This document shows, piece by piece, positions 11,124 through 22,777 of a stretch of DNA of 64,000 nucleotides. Within the stretch, counting starts at the first letter, position 1; every line of letters starts with the position of its first letter. The translations under genes and the position numbers were made by a program. Source of the stretch: Macrostomum lignano (lineage: Eukaryota); NCBI GenBank assembly GCA_002269645.1, contig NIVC01000056.1, positions 806,001-870,000 on the forward strand, in the 5' to 3' direction. Below the pieces are notes generated by a model. It saw only the letters and a program-made list of their open reading frames with translations. It was not told the origin of the DNA and did no database searches.

Positions 11124-13819
11124 GTAAGAGGCCTAACCAAGTTAGGCCCTAAGTCACAAAAATGCTTATAAAAAATAGACATGGTATAAATAAGATGATC
11201 AGGCCTTTAGCTTTAATATTATTATTAGTCATGATTATTCATATAATTAATTTATCTAAAATTTAAATTATGATCATTACTTTTTGCTCAGCCTTTTTCT
11301 TTTATAGGTAAATTATATTTTTGGTCAAAAAGTAAACTGTACAACTACTATAAGTCAGGGGATATGCATATATGATCTTGACTAAGCCTATAAACAATTG
11401 AATGGTTTATAAATAAGTAGTAAGTTCTTGTGCCTCAACATAATATAGGTCCTTATACCTACTATTTTATATATTCAAAAGCAATAGTTAAGAATATATA
11501 ACAAACCTTCGGCTTTAGAATTAGATAATCATATATTGTAGGCCTATAGAAAATGAGGTTTCTGTTTTTTTACTCTACCTAAGGCCTTAATAATAGTTTA
11601 GACCCAAATATTATTGGGGTTTATATTATATTATTAATAAAAAAATTTTGGATTCTTCAAATGCTAAGTCTAAGAATCAATTTATTTAACTATAATATAG
11701 TCTATTTAGACTCTAGTGACTTAAGATTTTATAAATACGCCATGTTACTTTTTAGTATTTTTCAATTTCATTTGATAAATCTCAGACTTCAAGTTTGTCA
11801 ATAAATTAGTTGCAGTTTTGATAGGATTATAATTATTTTTCAATAATGGTTTTTGGTGATGCTGATTTTAAATTTACTATTAGGGCTTAACCTATACCTA
11901 ACCTCAGTAGGCCCTAGTCCTAGTGTTAGTTAAGAGAAAGGTTCATAATTTTAGTTGAATTACCAACCACGCTGCTTAAACTAGTGATCAAATTATTATG
12001 AATTAGCTATACACAAAGTCCAAAGATGACAAGTATGTCAGTATGATTACATGGCAAAAAATTTCTATTTTAAACACTAACAGACCTAGTCTACTACAAC
12101 AACAAGAGCAAAAAAAATGCACTGGCTACCTAGATAGAAAGCATAATGAAAGGCATTACTTTTAGTTATAGCTAGGCCTACTTAAATAATATTTAGCATA
12201 TCATGCCTACGCGTTGAGTCGCGCAATATCAGTAATTTAGTAATTCAAGTAGTGAGTGAGTCTAACTTTACTTCGCATTAAAGTAGTAATTTTAGAAAAG
12301 GTTGTCCTTCATTTGTCAAAATGTAAACACCGTTCAAAATGAAGCTAATGTAAATTATTTTCATTAAAAAAGGAAAAAATATACTTGAGTACAACATACT
12401 TTTCTGTAGCCTGTTTCTTGTAACCAAAAAAGCTAAATTTGTTATAACCTGATTAACGAAGAAATTATGTGAGCTCTTTAAAACTAAAAAGGTTATTTCT
12501 ACTGTCTACTATAGTTTCTACATTCTTTAAATTGGTAAAACTAAAAAGGTTATTTCTAGTTTCACATCTAAAAACCAGCTCAGCCTTCGGAATTTTTTTC
12601 GGAAACTTATAATATATCATTTTTCGCAGAAATTAATGAAACCTTAAATGCCTTTTGAACAATTGAATTTTAATTTGGCGCACTTATTACAACTGCGGTT
12701 GGATCTGAATTTTATTTCAAGGAAACGTGCAGCTACGACCAAGTCTCCATGGCCTAGTCTCACGCAAAATTTTAACGCGTTATTGGCATCCGTACGTCGT
12801 ATATAGACTCGTAAGATAAGAGCCTTCATTGCGATCTCTTCAAACAAAATAAACGCTCCCTCCTCTGTGTGGAGTCGTGTCAGTAATATGTGGATGAACT
12901 CCATATATGCAACGTATGTAGTACTGTTTAAAATGAGTTAGCTACAGCTACATGTAGTCTAGCTCTGCCAGAATTTTGCCCGTCTCTGAATATAACATTT
13001 TGATATAACTTTGCTAGTAGTGCGATCGTCGTATCAAACTCAAGGACTACTAGACTTGATATAATGAAGTGTTCCTAGTGGTCCTTGATCAAACTTTGGG
13101 GGCGCTGCGCTTCGACTACGTAAATTAGCAAGGTCTATAATTAAATTTGTCATAACTTGATTAATGCAAGAAAATTCCGGGTGACAATGTGGAAATTTTC
13201 GGGCTCTATGTTAGGGACAGGCAGCTGAGTGTTGGAGCTGAGAGCAGCATGTCGTCCGAATTTGCGTCCGAAATAGGTGTGACGTCCGAATTTGCAACTC
13301 GATATCTGGAAGAACTAAGTGGCTAGGTTGCTCGAAGACTGGAGGCTTTCCGGCGGACTTAAGTGAAGATGCGCTCGAGGATCTGATCGAGAGCTTGAAC
13401 AAGAAGCAATTCCAGTCTTTTGCAAATCAGATGGAAGACACACTGTACGTGACCCGCGGTTACAAGCGTTTTTAATCGAAGCAAACTGCCGTCCAATCTG
13501 ATTCGAGTGCTACCAACTATCTGAGAATGACTATTTGCGTCTTTTCTACTCAATAATCATCTCTTCTGAACGCAACCTGGAAGAAAAGCGATCTAAATAA
13601 GGCTACGCCATCAATCGTCGTGAACTTCAATAGGATGTTCCAGAATTGCACTTTCAGTTTAGGTGGTTTAGTAATGGTAAGCAGTAATTTTTGGAAAGTG
13701 AACGTCTGTTTTAACTGAGAACGAACCGAGCTTCCAAACTGATCATATGTTTCATTGTTATCATTTACGTACTCACCGTCGAAAGAGAAACTCAGTTTGA
13801 ATGAAAACCAAGGTAAAAT

Positions 13820-14088
13820 GGTATAGGCTCGAAGGACGAAGGAAAGCGCGGCTCTCAATACAGAATTAACAGCCTTTCGAATTAAAGTCAACGAAGACCA
13901 TTGTTAGCGGGGTCCAGGTACGGGTCGGTCGGATATCCAGTACCGACTGCAGACGATCAAGCAGCAGCCGGTTGAAGAGCTTCGCAGTGCAGGACATCAG
14001 CGAGACCCCGCGGTAGTCTTCTTTCCGCATTGTCCCTGCCTTCTTCGGGATCGGCACGATTTGGGCGACGGTCCCAGCCGATGGGCGC
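13820..14088 (-). mobile_element. RTE-clade LINE, RT fragment (3' side of the LOA insertion)
   Basis: VPIPKKAG...DYRGVSLMSCTAKLFNRLLLDRLQSVLD and VLRAALSFVLRAY. Same family as 32330-33870. Confidence 0.8.
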
Positions 14089-14199
14089 TTTGACTTACTT
14101 GACTTAGCTGCAGGGCGGTCAGAAGACGCAGCGGGGAGGCGAGCGTCGCCCATTCAGCTAATCCCTGAAAGACCCGCAAAGGCTAGGGCGCGGGGCCAG

Positions 14200-17100
14200 T
14201 CAGGGAGGTCTGCCGGTCCTGTCTGCAGCGTTGTCTTCGGTGGGGAAGATGGAGGCTCGTTTGGTAGCCCGGAGGAACCGGATGAGCCGTGGGATGTTCT
14301 CGGGCCGGCAAACGTCGTCCAGGGACGGGTTGGGCCCGAGGTGGTTGAACCGGTCTCGGTTGAAGGCCGGGCAGTAGCAGACGAAGTGCTTGGCATCTTC
14401 GTTCTCGAGGCTGCAGAAGGGGCAGAGTTCACTCCGGCAAACACTTCGGAGGAAACAGTGCCTGGCAAAGCAACCGTGACCTGTGAAGGTCATAGTGAGA
14501 GCGCGGATATCTTTTCGATTTTGATTCAAAAGGATTCTCCGCAGCTTGAGGGATGGATTGGGCACTGTAGCACGGGACTGGCGGCAGTTGGAAATGCCAC
14601 CCCATCTGCTTAAGTGCAGGATGTCCGCCCAGTCATTAATCTCACGATTAATGACCGTGGCGGGGATGGGGGCCAGGGGCACGGGGCCAAGGAGCGAGCC
14701 AGAACTACCCGCCTTGGCGAGAGAGTCGGCGGGCTCGTTACCTTTGAACCCAGCGTGTCCTGGGATCCACGTGAGCCGGACGGTGTTCCTCCGAGCCAGC
14801 TTGTTGAGCTGCCCGATACAGTTGCGGACTGTTTGGGAGTTCGTAGTGGTGTGACACAGGGCCTGCAAAGCGGCTTGGCTGTCAGAGTGGAAGAAGAATC
14901 TTCTGTCCTTGAAGTCCCTGCAGTGGAGCTCAGCTGCACAGGAGCTGATGGCAAGGATTTCGTTCTGGAAGACGCTAGAGAGTCTGCCAGTGTGTTGGGC
15001 GTGAGTAGCGATCACGCCGCCGTTGATAAGGATACAGACTCCAAAGCCGGATAAACCGTCTTTGGAGGATCCGTCAGTGAAGCAGTGAACCTCCTGAGGG
15101 GCCCAGCTGTCGTTGGCGTTCTCCCTGGAGGGGATAGTGACCTTGAAGCGTTGGTAGAGACTGAGGGAGCGCGGCTCAGCGTCCGAAAGGACAGCCGTAC
15201 TCCCGCTCTCCTCCAGAACTTTAAGGCACAGGCCAGAGTGCGGCAATAGCTTGCGCTTCGCCATCGCTCTTTGTGGCTTGAAGCTAACGCCAGCCTCGAT
15301 TAGCCGGCGGGTGGTTTTAGCAGCCTCGCGACGGACAAAGATGTCCAGAGGCGGGAAACAGAGAAAAGCGTTGAGGCCGTCAAAGGGAGCAGAGAGCGGG
15401 GCATTCAGAATCATGCGGCACGCGCGTCCCTGCACCTTTTTAAGGGCTTCGTAGCAGGTTTTAATCTGCAAGGCGCTGGTACAGATCATGCAGACCGGCG
15501 TAGGTATCGGCCGGTCGGACCATTGCGATGTAGATCCACCTGAGCCGTTTCGGGGTGAGGCCCCAGGTGGTGCCAACGGCTCTGTGCAGCTGCGCAAGAA
15601 TCGCGAGGGCTTTTTTGGTTTTGGCCTGAACGTGGGTGGACCACCTCAGCCGGTGGTCCAGCGTAACGCCGAGACACTTGGTTTGCTTGCAGGATGGGAT
15701 TTCCACCCCGTAAAGCTTTAGTGGGCGAATACGCCAGTTGACCCTGCTGGTGAACATGATCGCGACAGTTTTGGTCTCGGAGAGTCTGAGGCCGCACCTG
15801 TCCGCCCATCGTTCAGCAGAGCGAATAAAGTTTTGCAGAAGATCCCTAAGGGTTTCAGGTGACGGTCCGGATGCTACGGCTGTAACATCATCGGCGTAAC
15901 CGACCTTAAGGATGGGGTCAAGATGGCTGTCCTGAAGAAGCTCATCGATGACCATGTTCCAGAGAACTGGAGAAAGGACACCGCCCTGGGGGCTGCCTTT
16001 GCAGACGGTTACCGTCCGTTGGTGGCCCAGCAGGTGTGCGGTGGCAGTGCGGTGGCTGATCATATACATGATCCACCGGGTGAGGTGCGAGTGGGTTCAT
16101 CTAGCACGTAGAGCTCTGTCAAAAGCCTCAAAGAGGACATTATCAAAGGCTCCAACAATGTCGAGGAAGACAGCGAGAGCGTAGCCATTACCAAGAACGG
16201 CTTTCTCCAGCATGTCGACCAAGACATGAAGCGCGCTCTCCGTGGACCGGCCTGCCCGAAAGGCGTGCTGTTTCTCACTGAGCGGCTTGTTCTTCAGTTC
16301 CACAAAGAGGAGGCGCCAGAGCACCAGTCTCTAACAGCTTCACCAGTGAGGAGGTGAGGCTGATTGGTCTGAAGGATTTAATGGACCGATAGTCCGGTCG
16401 GCCGGGCTTGGGGATAAAAACCACCTTGGCCTCGGTCCAGGATTTCGGAACAAAGCCGAGTACAATGCAAGCTTTCAAGAGCTGGCAAAGGTACCGCAGA
16501 AAACCGGTGAATTTCACCGCCTCTCGCAGGAAAGCTGGCACAACGCCGTCCGGTCCTGGGGATTTGAATGGTATGAAGGAGGAGACTGCTTTAGTAACGC
16601 GGTCCTCCGTAATGATTGAGTCAGCCAGTCAGCCAGTACGTGTCCACCCACTGAATGATCAGGGGGGTTAGGCCTGGCTGGCTCGCACGGGAAAAACGCT
16701 GTTAGCATCGCCTCCAGCGTTTCTCCTGGGTTCTCAGTGAGCGAGCCGTCGGCTCTCTTTACTGAGGAGAGTTTGGACATTTTGTCCAGAGTGAGGGCTT
16801 TAACGATTCTGGAGGTGGGGCGGGAGCCCTCAAGTTCCTCACAGTATTCGCGCCACTTATTGGTTTTGGCATTCCTAACCTGCCTCTTGAACTCGTGGAT
16901 AGAGTTCAGGTAGGCGGTTTGGTCGGCCGGATTTTTAGTTTTTTGGGCCCTACGGTGAAGCCTTTTGGCTCTGCGACGGAGGTCGCCAAGCTGTGGGTTC
17001 CACCATGGGGCCGACTGTTTGCCTTTATATGCCTTTAGTGGGCATGAGGCTTCGAAGGCAGCAGTGAGCGAGTCCGTAAGTACGGCCGCAAATTCATCTG

Positions 17101-17814
17101 CTTCCTCGCAAGTGTTGATGGAGACTGGAGTGCTAGTGCATCGATAGGTCTCCTCCAAGGCAAGCCTGAAGGCGGTCCAATCGATATTCCTAGCATTCCG
17201 TTTCCAGTAAAGCTGGCCTGCGTTTTGGGCGCTGGCCAGCGTGAAAGAGATGAACTTGTGATCGGAGAGGGACGCCTCAGGAAGCACCCGCCACTCCCTA
17301 GTGCTCTGGAAGAGCCTGGGCGTGGCGAGGGTGGCATCCAGCACCTCCGATCGGCGTCCGTTATTGAAATTAGGGGTATTACCCGAGTTACAGAACTCAA
17401 TAGTTGTAGTAGTGATATAAGCCAGGAAGTCTTCACCTCTCTGGTTAATATCAGAACTGCCCCAGTGGATGTGGTGGGCGTTGATATCGCCTGCCACAAG
17501 CAGCTCATAATTCCTGGTGGAGCAGAGCTCGACCAGTGTGACAAGCTCTCCTGGGATCATCTCGCCGTTGCCCGGTAGGTAGACCGAGGCGATGAGGGTA
17601 GTCCTCCCAGGGAGTATGTCTTCAGACTGGATGACACAGATGTCCCTGGTAGACATGTGGGGACATGGTGGAGGCTGCCCCTTAGCGTCCAAGGTTCCTG
17701 GATAAGGATAATCCCTGGTGCGTATTGGTCAGTGTGTTTCAATAGGTTGACTGAAGCAGCAATGCTGTGCTGCAGGTTGACCTGCAAGCAGTGGATGCCC
17801 TGGGAGACAGTCAT
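14200..17814 (-). pseudogene. LINE ORF2 (APE, RT, RNase H, CCHC) with several frameshifts
   Basis: APE: QVNLQH, IQEPW, SVYLP, GDINAHH. RT: FIPKPG..YRSIKSFRPISLTS, QHAFRAGRST, LDIVGAFDN, PQGGVLSPVLWN, GYADD. RNase H: FTDGS, NEILAI, SDSQAAL, WIPGHAG..GNE.AD. C-terminal CPFC...HFVCYC. Confidence 0.9.
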
Positions 17815-18296
17815 GTCTACTGTCCAGGGGAGGAGAAAAGCAACTCATTCTCAGCCTCATCGGTGAGAGTTGAGTCGCCAATTTCCATTGGCTCAGGCTC
17901 AGCCGCCTCCTCAGCCGCCGCGGAGGCGGACACGGCGCCCACGACAGGTGAGTCACCTAGCCGCGCTACACCGCCCTCCCCCCCCCAGCGACTGGGGTAC
18001 GGCTGCTGCCTTCGCCTTGCGCCGCCATCGGGAGTCTGAGCTCGGCCGGCAGTGTCCTCCTGGTGGTAATCCCACCAGTTGGAAGGCTGAGCCATGCCGT
18101 CGTCCAGTTCCCTCGGCTGGCTTTCAGTGTTTTTGCGAGCGGCACGAGTCCGCTCGAGGTGAAGTCTCAGAGACTGAGCTTCGTCAAGTGCGCGCTGAAT
18201 TAGCCCGGACCGCCGGTTACTGCGGGCGGATCTACGTCCGCGCGAGGCGGACTCGGCAGCGCGAATAGCCTTGTTAGGCTCGAGATCGGGTTGCTG

Positions 18297-19344
18297 CTAC
18301 CACTTGGCCGGCGGAGCCTGGGCCCCAGCTCCGGGTGCGGCGCGCTTCCCGTCGTTCTTGGTCTCCACCTTGCCCTCCTCACAGCGGAGGATGGTCAGTT
18401 GGTGGAGACCAAGGTGGAGGTTTGAGCCATGCGGTAGCCGCTTGGCCCATCCCTCCGTCAGGCCGAGGATGACGGTGGCCCCGGTCGTGCCCTTGCGGAC
18501 CGTGCTGTGGTACACAAGACCACTGGCGTCGAGATCCGGGTGCCGCTTGAGCAGGAGCTGCCGTAGCTGCTCCCCGGACTTAATTGCATTGTTGGCCGGG
18601 ACCCAAATCCTATGGCGAATGGTCTTCGGCCGCTCGCTCTCCAGGGCGAAGGTCAGCTGGCCCAGGTCGCTGTGCCAGTCGAACTTAGGCAGCTGATCCC
18701 GCAGGAGCTGGGTTCTTTCCTCGGATTTGCACCACAGTAGGATGCACCCGTTCGGCTTGGTGGACTTGACGATGTCCACGAAGACGCCCTCCAGGGTTAG
18801 GTTGAGCAAGCCCTCGTCGATGGTACGCCACGCGACGTCGAGCTGCTCAGGCGTCAGGTCGAAATCCCCGCCGAGGATCATCACGGCGGGTTGCAGCGGC
18901 TGCTTGACCTTGGAGGCGTAGGACTCGGAGGTCTTGAGCGGGGCCGCTTTGTCCTTGGAGAGCGCTAGGCCGGCAGGGTTGCCCCCCTGAGAGTCCGAGG
19001 ACACGGCGGTTCCTGACGGCCCAGCGCCCCACCGGACTCCCCAGAGGGCCTCCTCGCTGCGGTGGCTCCCGAAGGCCTCACCGCAGCTTGCCCTCCCTCC
19101 GCGGACGCAGCAGCAGCCCGCTTCTCCTGCCGCTTACGGTTGCGGCGGATTTTCGCTGCCGTCGGGACTCGGCCATGCGCGGTCGGCTAGACTGGCGGCC
19201 AGGGTGCTCGGCGGCAGCGTCAGCTGGCCCGGTTGGACCAGGTTGGGCGTTGGTGCTACCAGTGGTAGCTACCGGAGCGGCTGATCCCGGTGAGCCAGAG
19301 GCGACCGGGTCAGTTTCTTTTGAGATGATGGCGTTAGTGGCCAT
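18297..19344 (-). pseudogene. LINE ORF1, frameshifted; C-terminal part resembles LOA/R1 ORF1 domains
   Basis: Two ORFs (19078-19344 and 18297-19004) lie directly upstream of the APE domain. There is a low-complexity N-terminus and then a globular segment RHRIWVP...TVILGL. Confidence 0.65.
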
Positions 19345-19814
19345 AGCTGAAAAGCGGGGGGAGGGCTACTCGTTATGCGAGTTGAGTACCCGACTGGCCG
19401 ACACCTCAAGCCAGCCGGTTTGAAAAAAGGACCGCTAGCGACCGGACTACTCCCCTGCCTTCCAGCCCATCGGCACGGTCAAACACCTTAGGCATTAGAG
19501 GGTACGTTAAGCAGTACTACGGCCTGCAGGCAGGCAAACCAGACCCGCATACCCAAATTCGGCCGAAGCCACTGGATGGGTCCTCAGCGCCGAAGCCCAG
19601 TCTGTCCAGCAGCCCTAGAGTCTGCCTTCAATACACGAGGGGGACGAGTACCCCTGATTTGACTTGCGAGACAGCGTGGGGGGGGTCTGCGGCTGCCAGA
19701 GTCAAATAGAGGGTGCAGACCTCCCACCAGCCTTGACCTGCTGAAGATAGGGGCAGGCCCAAAGGCCTGGTCTGTCGCATACTTTACTGGCATGCTGAAT
19801 ACGCCTTCGCGTGC

Positions 19815-20440
19815 GCCGATGGGCGCAGGGGCGCAGGCGAGCACGCTGTTCATGACGCCCATAACCTGGAAGGCCACACAGCGGAGCCGAGCGCCTTGCC
19901 GCCTTGTGTTTTCCGAACGAACAGTACAACGTCCTCCGTGGTGACTGGGCTGGTGCAGAAGTCCTCCCTCCCAATGGGAGCGGCGTGTCCAGTGGGAGCG
20001 TAAAAATTGCGGCCCGCGGCGACGCGGGCCCGTTTACGATGCCGGCGAAGAACTCGCGCAATTCATTCCTGCGCTCCTCCGGGGTGTCGCCAGCCAGGTT
20101 CGGCGCCACGCGCTTTTTGCGCCCTGTCAGAGTCCGGACGGCCGTGAACACTGCACGGCTCTTCATGTTGGGGCCGGCTGCAATGATGGACCTGACGGCG
20201 TCGTCCGCGCCTGCTGCCGCTCGTCTAGAAGGCGCTCAAACGCGTCTTCAGCGTTGCCTGTGGGCCGCCGGTTTCTGCGAAGTCGCTCGATGTTGAACCA
20301 CGCCTGCCTGATGCCTGTCTGCCGACGTGTACAGGAGATTCCAGTCGGCTCCGAGGTCCTCAGAGTGGAGCCCCGGCTCAGCTACGCTAGAAACCTCCTG
20401 CAGCATAATGAGGTCACAACTGTTCTGCTGGAGCCATTGG
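19815..20440 (-). mobile_element. RTE-clade LINE fragment (5' side of the LOA insertion)
   Basis: AVFTAVRTLTGRKK...ELREFFAGIVN, then LCGLPG/CVAFQVMGVMN, collinear with the RTE copy at 32330-32540. Confidence 0.75.
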
Positions 20441-21692
20441 CGGTGGTCCGATTTCCAACGGCAAACAATTTACTGTGGTCCAACGGCCGTCCATAATGAC
20501 TCATTATATTTGCAGAGCCATTATATTTGCAGTCATTATATTTGCACGCCCTTACTAATAGTGCTGACACCTCCTGGCATAGCTGCCAGATCAGCAGACC
20601 GCGCATGACCTCGGTTGGCTCGGACGGCCGCACCTCGGCTGCGGCAGCAAAGCTCAGCACACCAGGGACACACAGAGGTCGGCGCTGCGCGCAATGTCGC
20701 ACTGAGCGCCCAGTCCCTGATATTACAACATGATCCGCCGGGTGGCTCCGAGGATCACGAGGCCAATCTCCATCTGGCCCCAGCTGTAACAGGTGGTGGC
20801 CGCCTCCGACTCTGAAAACCCTTGGCGTCGCATCATCCTCGTCCAGCTGGGCCACGACCGTTAACGTTAATGTTAAAAGTCTGGCTATGGAACCTGACAT
20901 CTACTACCTTTTTACAGAATTTTATGACAATTTCTGATATCAATATTTCTTGTTTGAAGACTCAAAAAAGACTTCTTACAAAAACTTCTTCATCCAAACC
21001 AATTTTAGCGCTAAATATCTCGTTAGGACAAATGTTTATTTATGGTATTAACGTGTATAAACAGACTGTTGCAAAATACTTGTGATAAAAAGTACACGGA
21101 TAATTGCTACTCAACTTCAAATATCGTGTCAGACAGTCTCTGTTAGGTGGAAACTCCCACAGTCACGAACAGTCATGAGTTCGTAGCTTTCACAATAAAT
21201 GGTGGATATTTATTTCATTGAATTAGGCAAGGCTGATCAAGGCCAACCTTTAAGTAGTCACTAACAGGCAGAGGCCATGGTGACAGATCCATGCAGCCAT
21301 TTTTCGAAAAATAACTGCATAAAAACCTAATCGTAGTGTATAAAAACCTATTCATGGGGCCAGGAAAGTCGAAATGCAGGAAGGAATCGGCGCTTGAGGC
21401 AGCTTATTTTACGAGCGTAGCTATAAAGATGAATAGAAGCAACGAAATGGTCCCTGTAGAAAAAATGCGTTAATTTTTGTGTCGCATTCACGCAGAAACT
21501 CTCCCAATTTCCTGCATGTTCTTTGCTTAAAAATGCTGGAAATACATGCATGCAAAAGCTCTTCAAACCTATAAGAAGTAGTCAAGTGATTTGAGTGCAG
21601 TCACCGTGAGAGCACGAGTTTCTGTATTTAAGACGAAACAATTCTCAATTTCCCACTAATGGTCTAAGGTTTTCGCTATCGAGAGAGCAAAA

Positions 21693-22261
21693 ATGAAAAC
21701 ACAATTGGATTTCAGAAAATGCAGGACACCGAACATTATTTTGGCAGTGCTGCTCCTGCAAGTTGACTCATCCCAGCAGCAGGCCGTGTGCCCTGCTCCG
21801 TTCAACATCGAGGCTGGCAAGTGCGTCTTCGTGAACACTTCGATCGTATTCAACTGGTGCGAGGCCAACCGGCAGTGCGCAGCGATCGGAGGTGAGCTCA
21901 TCAACTCGAACGAGACGCTGAAACTGCTCAGCAGCATGCCGAGCATGAATGTCTTTACGCATTTGTGGCTCGGAGTGACCGACCTCGCGGACGAGCGACT
22001 GACATCTCGGTCGGGCTGGCAGACGGTCAACGGCAATGAAAATCTACCGCTAGACAACGCACTGTGGTACGGATGGATGCCAAACAACAACGGGAATCAG
22101 GACTGTGTGATGCTGGCAAATGACAACAGCCACACCTTTGTTGATCAATCCTGCATTCTTAAAAAAAGGGGATTCGCTTGCGAATTCACCCCAAAAATGG
22201 GGCCTTCATGCGCTACCTGGGTACAGGTGCCGTTCAAGCGCACTGAGTACAATGACGAGTA
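21693..22261 (+). CDS. Secreted C-type lectin domain protein, 5' part (interrupted by EnSpm)
   Basis: Hydrophobic leader IILAVLLLQV, then a CTLD: C..F....GKC, WCEANRQCAAIGGEL, WLGVTD, W....PNN.GNQDCV, VDQSC....FACE. Confidence 0.85.
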
Positions 22262-22777
22262 CACTGTAAATCTTATGGGTCCGGATAAGGTCCGAATTGC
22301 ATAATGCGGACCTTCATGCCTGAAGGCGGACCTTCATGTCTGAAGGTCCGATTTTTTTGGTCAGAGAAAACGAATGAAATTTTTTCAAGTGCCCTCAAAT
22401 GATATTTTTTTAAGCACACGCGAGATTTTATAGAGAAAATCGGACTGGAAATAAATTTAGGTTTTATACCACCGTATTTTTTGCCGCATAAAAACACAAA
22501 TAAAATTATCCGTCAAATGTAATTGCACAATCGAAAGCTCTAAATGCCTTAAATTAAAGGAATTATATATTGTATTCCTTTTAACAGGTACAAGCGCATT
22601 TCTAACACAGATCAAAAATATGTTGGGAACTTTTGTTTCACTCTACTAACTTCGAACATTTAGATTGTTGCGTGCAATTCGTTCTGATCAAACCTAAAAA
22701 TTAGTGCTTTTTAAACGTTTTTACGCGTTGTCCATTCCACAACGACGAATTTAGTAGGCTTATCCACTGTCCAGGAT

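Larger units (their letters stand above)
14089..19814 (-). mobile_element. Full-length LOA-like (R1/I group) non-LTR retrotransposon
   Basis: Bounded by a 12-bp TSD GCCGATGGGCGC at 14077-14088 and 19815-19826. Contains a 5' UTR, ORF1, an APE-RT-RNase H-CCHC ORF2 and a short AAGTC-type tail. Confidence 0.9.

Noticed and set aside
13240-13480. Coding-like stretch on the plus strand
   Set aside because: It has multiple stops and frameshifts and no recognisable family.
19390-19814. Possible HDV-like ribozyme in the LOA 5' UTR
   Set aside because: A CCCTCGT loop-like motif is present, but I could not build the P3/P1 pairings by eye. An Infernal or RNArobo search would be needed.
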